A DNA stretch of 62,491 bases, counting the filler. It is 14 parts of 14 records of this genome, joined end to end, with 100 filler letters (N's around TTAATTAATTAA, not from the genome) between each part and the next. Parts side by side here need not be neighbours in the genome. Positions count along the whole stretch, not along the records: positions 1 to 4,187 come from SRR15195285_10128; positions 4,288 to 9,846 come from SRR15195285_10136; positions 9,947 to 16,012 come from SRR15195285_10143; 11 more parts are not named here. One strand, given 5' to 3'. The translations under genes and the position numbers were made by a program. This document shows, piece after piece, positions 1 through 10,504 of this stretch; within the stretch, counting starts at the first letter, position 1, and the number at the start of each line of letters is the position of its first letter. The notes beneath the pieces were generated by a model, which was not told where the DNA came from, did not search any database, and saw only the letters and a program-made list of their open reading frames with translations.

Positions 1-212
1 TCAGAATCGATCATTTTTTGGTGAATCATCACGATATTCGAGATATAATGCAGTTCGGTTGTGACGAGGACTCGAGGAGCGATCCTCCGATCCAGCAGGC
101 ACCAGGCATCAGCATGCAGCTTGTGCAAGCAGGTGGGCTCTCGATCGCACGCACGCGCACATACAGCCGCACGCGCACGCCCACAAGCAGCCAGCAGCAG
201 CCAGCAGCAGCC

Positions 213-2597
213 ATGGCGATGGCGGAAGACATGTCCGTGGCGGAACTGAAGCAGGCGCTGACGAAGATGCGCGTGCGGTGCGATCAGTGCGTCGAGAAGA
301 GCGAGCTGCTCAAGCTGTACAAGGAGGAGGTCGGGAGGGAGCGTCCGCTGCCGACCGCAGCGGCGGCGGCGGGCTTCGCTGCGGCGACCGGGGTGCCGGC
401 GCCGGCGCCCATGCCGACGAGGCCGGTACCCGCGCCGGCCCCTGCATCCTCGCAAGGAGGCGGCTCGTATGTCAACGGCAAATATGTGCCGCCACCGAAG
501 AGCGCTATCGAACAGATGCTAGGGGACTTCGACTTCAAGACTGTGGCGATTGTTGTGATCGCCATATTCTGGGTGTGGGGAGTGGCAAGCCAAGGAGGTG
601 GCGGCATGGACGGCCTCGGCGACGACGAAGGCGAATACGACGAGAGGGACACGTCCTCGTACATCAACGGAAAAGTGGTCGAGGTCGTAACCCACGATCA
701 GTTCCTCGGAGCTCTGACGCACCATCGGGACAACACTGGACTTCCAGTCGTTGTGGACTTCTTCTCACATTCGTGTGGTCCCTGTCGCATGATCGCGCCG
801 GAGTACAAGAAGCTCGCGCGTCAATTCAAGGGCAAAGCAGTATTCCTGAAGGTGGATGTCAACGCCAATTACGAGACGTCGCAGGCGGCACGTGTGCGTG
901 CGATGCCTACGTTCCAGTTTTTTCAGAACGGGAAGAAGAAGCACGAGTTCTCCGGGTGCGAACTGCGCAGCCCGCCACCGTTCTTATACGCCACCTCATG
1001 TGTCCACCAGCTGATCTCCTGCTGTGCGTGGGTTTTGTAGTGCGGACTCGCGTCAGCTGCACCAAATGATATCTCAGATGGCTGCAAAAGCAGAACGGCA
1101 CGGCACGTACGTGGGGGTGGAGGTGACAGCGTCGGCACTAGAGAGTTTCTACACCAAGCACGACCCCGAGAAGGCTGGCGATGCAGCCAAGACCGCCAAA
1201 AAGTTCGCGCGCAAGACAAACAAGCTGATGACTGCTTTGCGAGACAAATATGACGACGTCCCGGAGCTGCAGCCGGAGGGCACTGAGGCTGAGCAAAAGA
1301 AAACTAAGCGCGCCGCCGCTGAATCTACAAAGACGGGGAGCAGTAGCAGCGGGGGCGGTGGTGGTGGGAAATCACTGTCAGATTACGATTTAGACGCGTT
1401 GCAAGCTGAAGTAACCCGTCGCATTGCAGACAGTGACAGTGAAGATCAGGACGCGGACGACGGTACCGAGCTCTTTCTGGACGACCAGGCAGCTGCAAAG
1501 ATTGGCCCGTCCTCAGGTGTTGAGGAAGTTACCATTATTGGCGGCGGCCCAGCTGGATTGGCGGCAGCAATATACGCAGCTCGGGCGGGGTTGAAGCCAT
1601 TGATTGTCGCACCCGCATTTGGTGGCCAGCTGCTCGGAAAGGGTGTTGACGTTGAAAATTATCCTGGAGTAGTTGGAAGTGAAGCAACTGGCCGCGGTAT
1701 TGTCGACCTGATGCGGAAGCAGGCGGTCGCGTTTGATACCCGCATGCTCAATGACGCAGTTGTCAAAGTGGCCCGCCCATCCAACGAAGCGGAGCCATTT
1801 GCCATTACTCTCAATGGGACCATGCTGGATGGCTCGAAGAACACTGAGCGCACGATGCTCAGCCGCACAGTCATCGTGGCGACTGTAAGCTAGGTTGCTT
1901 CTGTCTGTTGACTATCTGTGGCTTTATGGATAATTCATTGATAATTCGGCACCGGCTAAACAATCGTCTTGTCCTGTTCGTTCAACTCCAGGGTGCCGAT
2001 TCACGCTGGCTTGGAGTTAAAGGTGAGCACGATTTCCGTGGCAAAGGTGTCTCCTCATGCGCGACTTGCGATGGCTTCCTCTTCCGCGATCAGCCTGTCG
2101 TGGTTGTGGGTGGCGGAGACACCGCAATGGAAGATGCCCTCGTACTTGCGCGGACATCATCAAGTGTCACTGTTATCCACCGCAGGGACAGTTTCCGAGC
2201 CTCAAAGGTCCTCGCAGACAGGGTACTTACCCATCCCAAAATCAACGTGGTGTGGAACTCTGTCGTTGAAGAGTTCGTGGGGAGTACGGAGCAGCTAACG
2301 CATGTGGTCGTCAAGAACTCGGGCGACAGCTCCAGCTCTAACATTCCGTGCGTGGCTGGGTTCGTCGCCATCGGTCACATTCCGAACACCGATTTTGTTG
2401 GACTGCTTGTTGAGCGCGACAACCAAGGCTACGTCGCGCTTGCGGAGGCTCAATCCACGAAAACCTCGGTGCCCGGACTGTTCGCGTGCGGCGACGCCGC
2501 GGACAAGGTTTACAGACAAGCGATTACGTCAGCTGGCTCTGGAGCGATGGCAGCGCTTGACGCAGAGCGCTGGCTCAGCGAACACAAGCCAAAATAA
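213..2597 (+). CDS. Fusion of ARMET-C/SAP-like CxxC domain, TM helix, thioredoxin, small helical domain and low-MW thioredoxin reductase (3 exons)
   Basis: Introns 956-1040 (GTGCGA..TGTAG) and 1885-1991 (GTAAGC..TCCAG) restore FSG/ADSRQL and VAT/GADSRWLG. Motifs: ELKQAL..CDQCVEKSEL; Trx SCGPC and MPTF; TrxR IIGGGPAG, VENYPG, GVSSCATCDG, VVGGGDTA, HRRD, GLFACGD, YRQAITSAGSGAMAA. Confidence 0.9.
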
Positions 2598-2615
2598 ACT
2601 GGACTGTGCATTGGA

Positions 2616-3752
2616 TCACAGCCCAATGGTTTTGGCTCCGAGTACCGCTTTGTCGAAATCCTTTTTCTCCGCCGCGCGCTCAGATTTGGTCGGTGCTACC
2701 TCTCCATGCTCATCAATCGAAAGCTCCACTCGATCCAAGCGCCCTGCAAATGGGGCTTGCAGTACGGCTGCCTGCTCCGGCGTCAGCCCCTCGTACATAG
2801 CAGCAGGCCAGCTCGTGCCGCCCTCGGCCATGTAGTTACGACCATACGCAACGTTGGCAGGGGAAAAGCGAAATAGAGCCACCCGGCGCTGTTTGTCGGC
2901 ACGTGTCCATGGTAGCGACCCGTGCGTGGCTGCCTCACTAAACAGTAGAACATCTCCCGCTTTTGTCACTGGCTGGAAGACGTGCTCGTCGTTCTCGAGT
3001 CCGTGCACCATCGCTTCCGACATCGGGTAGTTGGCCTTGTGACTGCCTTTCACAATGCAAAAACCGCCATCCCCAGGGTCATGGTCACACAGCTGCACCG
3101 TGCACCCGAGCAGCATGTTGTACATTGTACCGTGCCGAAAGCTGTACTCGAGATGTGGCTGAAACTTGCCGGTCACCGGCGCTGTCACGCCACCATGCAG
3201 CTGGAACCCTTCGGCTCCACAGTTCTGCGCCAGCACCAGAGGGAGGTGATCCATCCTGTAGCCCTTACCGAGCAGTTCATGGTAGTACGGCACCATGCGT
3301 GGATGTGCGAGAAGCGATCGGAACACGTCTGCGTGCGGCGGCTCCCACTCCAGGCAGCGGCCAAGGTCCAGTCGGCCTGTGCGGCCGTCGCCACTCATGG
3401 CGGTGTTGTCACGGGTGTTTCGTAGCCCTGAGCGTCTTTCGAGCTGCTGGTCGAGATGAGCGTCGACTGCTGCGTTTGCAGCAGCGACCTCATCCGCGCT
3501 AAAGACGCCCTTGACGACGACGTATCCGTTCAGGTCGAACAGGAATTTGTCCTGCTCTGGCATGGCGTCAAGCGCTGCCGCCGTCGCCTTCGCTGCGCCC
3601 GCCGTGAAGGAGCGGTGCGCCGCGCCTGGCATCGAGGATTGTCTGGATAGCGTACCGCCTGCGCCACCCAAGTGTACGAGGTGCGGCAAACGGTGTGTGG
3701 TGGACGGCATGCGGCGCTGAAGCAGACCCAGAGCGGCTGGGCCAGCTGACAT
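2616..3752 (-). CDS. PhyH-family Fe(II)/2-oxoglutarate oxygenase with a probable mitochondrial-type presequence
   Basis: FDLNGYVVVKGVFS, GGFCIVKGSHK, KAGDVLLFSEAATHGSLPW and RRVALFRF. The Arg/Ser-rich acid-free N-terminus starts at ATG 3752 (start inferred). Confidence 0.85.
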   Translation of the reverse strand: MSAGPAALGLLQRRMPSTTHRLPHLVHLGGAGGTLSRQSSMPGAAHRSFTAGAAKATAAALDAMPEQDKFLFDLNGYVVVKGVFSADEVAAANAAVDAHLDQQLERRSGLRNTRDNTAMSGDGRTGRLDLGRCLEWEPPHADVFRSLLAHPRMVPYYHELLGKGYRMDHLPLVLAQNCGAEGFQLHGGVTAPVTGKFQPHLEYSFRHGTMYNMLLGCTVQLCDHDPGDGGFCIVKGSHKANYPMSEAMVHGLENDEHVFQPVTKAGDVLLFSEAATHGSLPWTRADKQRRVALFRFSPANVAYGRNYMAEGGTSWPAAMYEGLTPEQAAVLQAPFAGRLDRVELSIDEHGEVAPTKSERAAEKKDFDKAVLGAKTIGL

Positions 3753-4187
3753 CACCTTCAGTTGACTCGCCGGCGCCCTTGCCGGCGGCGGCCATGCAGC
3801 TGTCCACACTCCACAGCCGGTTGTACATACTCTGAGATCTAGGATCCTACTACTCTGAGTAGTAGTATCCCCCATTCGTCTGGTTGATTTGTTGATAAGA
3901 ATCAAGTAAGACTGTATAAGACAATAAGTGACCGCCGGTCGCTCGCGATGCGGACGCGTGACCGTGACTCGAGTGACGCGTGAGGCTCGTGCTGTGGCGC
4001 CGGCTGACGGCGCACGCGCGCGGCCCGCGCGCGCGTTGTTACTGATTACACGTACGATCATACGTAGACACGGACACCCGGATGACACGCGCCGCGCGGT
4101 ATCATCCCGCGCCGCGGACCGCGCGCGCGACGGCGTACGCGCCGCCGGCGTACGTAGAGCGCTGCAGCGCTTGTAGCTTCATCGTTC

Positions 4188-4287
4188 NNNNNNNNNNNNN
4201 NNNNNNNNNNNNNNNNNNNNNNNNNNNNNNNTTAATTAATTAANNNNNNNNNNNNNNNNNNNNNNNNNNNNNNNNNNNNNNNNNNNN
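4188..4287. other. Artificial contig-joining spacer (N44-TTAATTAATTAA-N44); first of 13
   Basis: The identical 100-nt spacer, with stops in all six frames, also lies at 9847, 16013, 22031, 25479, 29821, 35020, 39216, 42843, 46456, 50346, 55604 and 58752. Confidence 0.99.
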
Positions 4288-4430
4288 GATTCGAGGGTCG
4301 AGCACCTGGGTAAACGCGCGTACAGGCTACAAGCCAGGCAGAGGACCCAGTTCGCCAGTGGATCGCGCGCGGAGTCGAGCACGCGTTAGGGCACTAGTAC
4401 GCGCGTCAGTTTAGCGTACTCGACTACGTA

Positions 4431-6023
4431 ATGCTATGGGCTGTTGTGACGGTTTTGGCCGCCATGGGGGCGCCGATGGAGCGACCAGTGGGTGCTGCTG
4501 CGGACGTCGAATACGCTCTGACCACCACTCAGCCGGCAGTGCTGAACAGGACGGCAGTCAGCGCTGTGGTGGAACCGTCCTACAGCGAGGGGGCGCTGGA
4601 GAAACAGGTATTTGCGCACTTCATGCTGTGTTTCGCGGCCTATGGCGAAAAGGGCAACAGTAGCAATGCGACAGCTGGTTACCAGCAAGAGATGGCTGTC
4701 GCGCAAGCAAATGGGCTCGATGGATTTGCCATCGAGTACCTGGGGCGAGATTCGTACTATCTTCCATCTGCAATTGGAATGTTCGCTGCCTGCGAGGCCT
4801 ACAACGCAGCTCTGCCGGCGGGTAGCAAGCCATTCAAGCTATTCGTCATCATCAACTTTTGTTGTGGCCTCAACCTGACAGATGCTGTTGACTTGTACAC
4901 CCGCTTCCATGCCTCGTCGTGTGCGCACAAGGTCGACGGCCGCCCAGTGTTCTCGTCTTGGTCTGCAGTGAATTCCCGGCGTCTGTTCCGGGAGGAAGCT
5001 GCACGATGGGATCATGGATTCTACCAGCCGATTCGTACAAGAGGGTTGCCACGACCATTTTTCTTGCCGTTTGTCTATCCAGCCAACTATTCGGGCGATC
5101 CAGCTGCGCCGCATGTGACAGGACACTGTGCTGAAGGGACATGCCCTGAAAGCCCAGACTACGCGCAACAAACGGCCATTCTTGACGAAGCAGACGGGTT
5201 TGGGTCTGCGCTCGATGGTTTGTGGTACTGGGGGTGCTCCCCACCTGCAGATGCTGTGGTGAACTCGTCTCGTGACACCGTCCGTGCGTGTCGCGAAGTT
5301 GGCAAGCTCGTCGCGACCCCTGTGAGTGGACCATACAGTCCACATGGCAAGGGTAATAATCGATACACGCCCGGGCATGGCGCTCGAGCAGTCATTGATG
5401 TTTGGACGGAGCATATCCAGAGTCAGCCAGATATGGTCATTTTCACCACTTGGAATGATCTCGGCGAGCATCATTACGTCGGACCGTATAATCTTCAGCA
5501 CCATGGGTACCAGCGCTACAATGCCTTTCCACACCTGGCGTACCTGGAGCTCAGTGCGTACTTCATACAGTGGTACAAGCTCCCGCCTGGCTCACCAGCA
5601 CCGGCAATTGCAACAGAGCAGTTGTTTTACTTCTACAACCTACAGCCTGCGAACAATACGTGTCCAGGTGATCCGGTGGGGCCAGGGCGGTTCGTCCTCG
5701 ACGATCCTCAATTCCCGCTCGAGGACCGGTTGTACGCTACGCTGCTGCTGAATGAGTCGGCAGAATTGACGCTTACCTCCGGAGACAACAAGCCTCGGCG
5801 GTTTGTGGCGCAGCCTGGTGTAGTGTCTTTCGAAGTACCCAGGGTAGCGGGGCTGCAGCATGTACAAGTTTCCCGTGGAGGTGTGCTGCTAGCAAACGTG
5901 ACCGGCACGGAGCGAGTCAATGCAAGTAACGATCAGGCGGTACTAGCACGCTGCGACCATCAAACCTTCACCGGTTCTGCGCTATTGAAGTCCGCGGAGC
6001 AAACTGGTGGCATTGTCGAATAG
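4431..6023 (+). CDS. Secreted glycoside hydrolase family 71 (alpha-1,3-glucanase/mutanase-like), intronless
   Basis: Signal peptide MLWAVVTVLAAMG; GH71 motifs KQVFAHFM, AQANGLDGFAI, DGRPVFSSW and TTWNDLGEHHYVGP. Confidence 0.88.
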   Translation: MLWAVVTVLAAMGAPMERPVGAAADVEYALTTTQPAVLNRTAVSAVVEPSYSEGALEKQVFAHFMLCFAAYGEKGNSSNATAGYQQEMAVAQANGLDGFAIEYLGRDSYYLPSAIGMFAACEAYNAALPAGSKPFKLFVIINFCCGLNLTDAVDLYTRFHASSCAHKVDGRPVFSSWSAVNSRRLFREEAARWDHGFYQPIRTRGLPRPFFLPFVYPANYSGDPAAPHVTGHCAEGTCPESPDYAQQTAILDEADGFGSALDGLWYWGCSPPADAVVNSSRDTVRACREVGKLVATPVSGPYSPHGKGNNRYTPGHGARAVIDVWTEHIQSQPDMVIFTTWNDLGEHHYVGPYNLQHHGYQRYNAFPHLAYLELSAYFIQWYKLPPGSPAPAIATEQLFYFYNLQPANNTCPGDPVGPGRFVLDDPQFPLEDRLYATLLLNESAELTLTSGDNKPRRFVAQPGVVSFEVPRVAGLQHVQVSRGGVLLANVTGTERVNASNDQAVLARCDHQTFTGSALLKSAEQTGGIVE

Positions 6024-6322
6024 TCATGTTGCTAGGCGGATGGCATTTCGCTTGTGCGTGCTACTGTACTACATTTCCTGAATATATTGTGAAGCTAATT
6101 TGTCCATTAGTACGCGTGTGATGCAAGATTGCGAGTGTCTACCGTAGCTAGTGGCAATTCGCCGCGCCTGGCACCAACATCATTCCAAGTACACTGCGAC
6201 AAACAGGACGGGGCTCGCCAGCATCAGGCCGATCTTGCCACAGAGTATTGTACCCCCCGCTCTTTGTTCCCCTGAAGTACCTCTCTACTTGAGTACTGTG
6301 GAGATCCATTTGAATGGCATCT

Positions 6323-9211
6323 TCACCCGCCGAATCCATACACATGGTCTGTTTGTGGCAGGAGGCTGCCGTCTCCCTTAGTCCCATCACCCACAGCAGA
6401 GGTTGCCGGCCCGTTTCCACGCAACGGGTAGCGATACCGGCGAAAAATATAGACTGTCGGCCCACTCGCATTCTCAAGGTCGACTGATCCCGTCGTGCTC
6501 TGATGTCTCGGCCTGTGCACCTCCAAAATCCAACTCAATCTAGCAGCTGTCGAGCACACGTTATCGTTGCGGGGGTGCCCTTTCTGGAGCCCACGCACGA
6601 CTGCCTCCAGCCAAGCCGGAGTAGGAACTGTGTGGTTGTGAGCCTCTCCCGCTGCATCTCTTGGCAGAGCATTGTGCGAGACTAAAACAAAACTCCCTCC
6701 GGGGGCGACCTACCCATTACGCAGAATCCGCGACTCAAGAGCAATGTTGCAGAGCGTGAATGGCGCAAAGACATTCTGGATTCTCATGGTGCGAAATGCA
6801 AGGGAGAAGAGGCGCCGGCGTCTTACCAGCTGGGCGACCTGTGCCGCTGCAGTTTCAACTGTGCGCATTCCGTTCTCCGTATCGCAGAGCAATGCGTCCG
6901 TAGTCGATTTGTCCACCACGAGGTCGAAGGCGCCCTCTCCCCCCACACCAGCCTTCCGCAGCTGCTCCACACAGGTTCTGACGTCTGCTTCGATAAGGCG
7001 AATATCCATCGCCACTCCTAGACCACGTGCCTCAGCCAGCTCGAGACCCGCAAGGTCAATACCAACCAGCTCACCACGATGGCCATCAGCACGAAGATCC
7101 TGTATGTATGCACGTGCAATTTACGAGCAAACGGTTTACAAGGCTTGCAGAGAAAATTGCGTGTGCACGCGCGGGATTGTGTGTTCGAAGGATGTTGGCT
7201 GGGCATTTACCGCCAGAAACCGAGACGTCCCGCATCCCAAGTCCAGTACGCGTGCTACCGGGCCGCTAGCTGCCAGGGCACGCTGGACGAGCTCACGCAG
7301 CTCCACGTAGCTTAGCAGCCACTCATCCGTCGCGTCGTCGTCTGGCCTCTTCCTCTTCCGACGATCTTTGCCGTCTGAATCGTAACGCTTTCGCCAATAA
7401 TCGAGATCGCCGTAAGACCGCTCCGGTTCTTCGACTAGTACAACCTCGACGTCTTCGTCTGATTCAACCGTTGCCTCTTCGTCAACGTCACTGGGATCTG
7501 CCAACGTGCAAGACGCAAACTGCTGCTCCTGCTCGCAAAGCGCACAGTCGCAAGCGAATCCATATTGTGCCAGTGCATGCCGTCGTTCTTCAGTGTCTAG
7601 TCCCTGACCCACCAAGCACCGGAACGAATTTTCTCAGGCTACTCTACGCACGCTGTAGCCCAAATTATCTAGACTCTAAGAGTTTGAATGGCTGAGCGTG
7701 CGGCAGGCGACCGAGAGTTTGAGCAGCAAAGTGCCTCACCGTGTCTCGATTGATGTAGCTGTGAGTTACTTCCTCGCCTTCACGCAAAGGCCGCAGAGCC
7801 ACAACATCGCAGCACGTATTGTGGTGATTCCATTCTAGCTCTGCATTTGGCTCGCACGAATGGTTGATTAGCGCCCCTACTGGGTACAACGCCGAGGCTT
7901 CACACTCAGGTAGTGCATTGAATGCAGTAGCCAGGTCCGAGGCCACCTGCGCCAGGGGGCTCTCAGGAGAGATGGACATCGCCTCCTGTTCGTCATCGCT
8001 ACCTTCACACTCGCGCTGCCCGTTTTCCTCTTTTTCCTGTTCGTTTCGTCCGTTCTGGTCACTCTGCTCCGCCTGCTGCTGTTCAGATTCGGCATTCTCT
8101 GCTGCGTCGTCACCACTGGCATCATCATTCCGGGCTTCTTGTTCGCTCTCACTGTCCTCATCACTGTCGCTCGTGTCTGCATCACCATGAGCTCGTTTCC
8201 ATCTCAACGCTGCCCTCAATGTGTCCCTTGCAAACTGCGGCAACTTAGGATATTTTCGCAACCACTCGGATGCATTTGCGTCACCGCGCTTGGCCACTGC
8301 TACTGTGTGTGATAGCAGCCCCTCGAGATAGTTGCGCACCGGAGACTCCACAGTCACTACAAAGGAGTTCTGGGTGGCCAATCCTACGAGTTTTTCCCAC
8401 AGACCTGGCGGCAACCAGTGCCTCCTCGCCGATTCCAAGTATCCTCCAGCACGGAGAGCACGCAACAGCAGCTCACGGCCAGCTCGGCAATCAGCCTGGT
8501 GGTGAGCGCGAGCGCGGCGCTTATCTGCTGCCCCAGTCCCAAGCGGCAAGACAACGATATCTGGCCAGGCTGCGCATTGGTACTCCTCAGCCCATTCTGC
8601 GGGCAGCGCTCCGCGTACAGCGCTATCTGCTACGAGCTCAGCTGCCAAGAGCTGCGCGTGGCAGCACTCAGAAGCAAAAGTACGGAACAGGTCGCTGGCA
8701 GCCACGTGGGCGGCGTTTGCGCTGCAAAACGCGGCGTGCCGAGCACTGTGGAGCTCCCGGTGCTCATGGCAGCAGTACTGCACTTGTTTGCACTGAGCGC
8801 ACGATCGTGGGGACGCCTCTACCTCTGGGTGCGGCACCGCAGTTGGTGCGGGCGTATTCACACCCAGGTGCTTGAGCTGGTCGCGCAATGATCCGAGCTG
8901 CAGCGACGCACACACGGTCCAAGAGTTACACCGAGCACCAGCAAGAACGAGAGCGTCAGAAGACGCACCGGACAAAGGCACCAGCCGCAGGCTGTGGTCG
9001 CAGCGTCGGTACCCGGTACCCGGGCGTGCGCCACAGGCAGTTCGGACATCAGCACCGTCCCCGTGGCCACAGCGCCCTGGCTGTGCAGCGCTCTGCCACG
9101 CTGGTCCGCGTGACACACAACCGCCAGCTTCGCCCCGTCCCCGCCCCCGAGCACAACATCCGCCTGAGCGCGGCGCCGTCCCCGTAGCGACGAGCCATCG
9201 GCGCCACTCAT
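6323..9211 (-). CDS. SMYD-type SET/MYND lysine methyltransferase fused to an EEF1AKMT4/METTL13-like class I methyltransferase (5 exons)
   Basis: N-SET GRALHSQGAVATGTVLMSELP; MYND CGWC..CAQC..YCC..H..H..C; C-SET INHSCEPN and GEEVTHSY; post-SET FACDCALC. In the same exon follow YGDLDYWRKRY, DEWL and RVLDLGCGTS, later FDLVVDKSTTDALLC and VAPGGSFVLVS. GT-AG introns at 8898-8968 and about 7605-7740, 7100-7210 and 6710-6825. Confidence 0.8.
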
Positions 9212-9697
9212 GCAATGCCACCGGATTGTCTGTGTTCGACCTCGTCGTCCTCCTCACGCTGGTCGGTTACGTATCCGTCGTCTCGTCCCGCACGCGCTGT
9301 ACAGTAGAGTGCTGACGCGCAGTAGCGCGCGCCCGCGGCGCGCGCAGCGCCATGCAGCAAAACACAGTGTTCTGCATTACATGTATATATTACATTATAT
9401 TGAGCATTTCACCATTTTCACATTTCAGCATTCGAAGTCAAGATAAATCCAGCAGACTCCGTGGTCTTCGACGATCAATTTCATACAGCCATCCATCCCA
9501 TCGCGCAGAACTGAGAACAGCACTAATTTCAGGGACAGTGCGCGAACCAAACGGGAGGCAGAGCAAGCGACTCGAGGTGGTCAAAACGCAGCCCATCGAT
9601 TTCCCAGTGGTTTGTTGGGGGAGGGCGCTTGTGGCTGCGCTGCTCGTCGAGGAGATCGATCTCTATCGCATCGTATCGCCAGCTGCCCCAGCTCAGG

Positions 9698-9846
9698 ATG
9701 TCGGTGGAGCTCTCAGTCAGCGCTTCGGGGGCGACCAATGTCGTCGTCAAATCCCCTGCACCGCCGCCTGCCGTCGAAGCGGCCGCGCCAGCTCCCGCTC
9801 CCGCTGCCGCTGCCCCCGCTCCGGCTCCGGCTCCGGCTCCGGCTCC
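9698..9846 (+). CDS. 5' fragment of an unknown Pro/Ala-rich protein running into the gap
   Basis: ATG 9698 opens MSVELSVSASGATNVVVKSPAPPPAVEAAAPAPAP, ending in a (GCTCCG)n run at the contig end. Confidence 0.35.
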
Positions 9847-10504
9847 NNNNNNNNNNNNNNNNNNNNNNNNNNNNNNNNNNNNNNNNNNNNTTAATTAATT
9901 AANNNNNNNNNNNNNNNNNNNNNNNNNNNNNNNNNNNNNNNNNNNNAGTTGACCCATCATTCCCGGTTCAGCTCTATAGTAGTAGCACGTAGATCTACTG
10001 TACTATGTAGATCTTGTACTGTAGTAGGATTCCGCGGGTAGGCCGGCACCGGAGTGCCGATATGCATAATCATATAACAATGCCATTGATGGTATATGCA
10101 GTATATGGCATACTATATGCTGGCGACTCTACCAGCGTGTACCCCAGCCTGGCGGCAGATGCCAGTCGGAAGTGCCGCGCTGCGCAGATCTCGCCCCAGC
10201 TCCTCGACAGCGCCACTCCAAACGTGCAGGCCAGGAAGACACTAGACAAGGGAGGTAGAGGAAGAGCTGCCGAGATACAGTACAGGTGGGCGATAGAGGT
10301 CGGGGCGGGTGGGGAGGAGGAGGAGGTCAAGCCAAATAGCCACAACCAGTACGGTAGGCTGGAGCCTCACGTCAGGAAGGGGAGGCTGGCAGCAGGCAAA
10401 GATAGGAGATCTACTGTGTGGTAGCAGCACAGCGCGTCCAGCACTTTCTAGGGTTACCGGTGCGGAGATAGGGCCGGGGTCGGCTCCAGCGCACAGTCTG
10501 CCAA

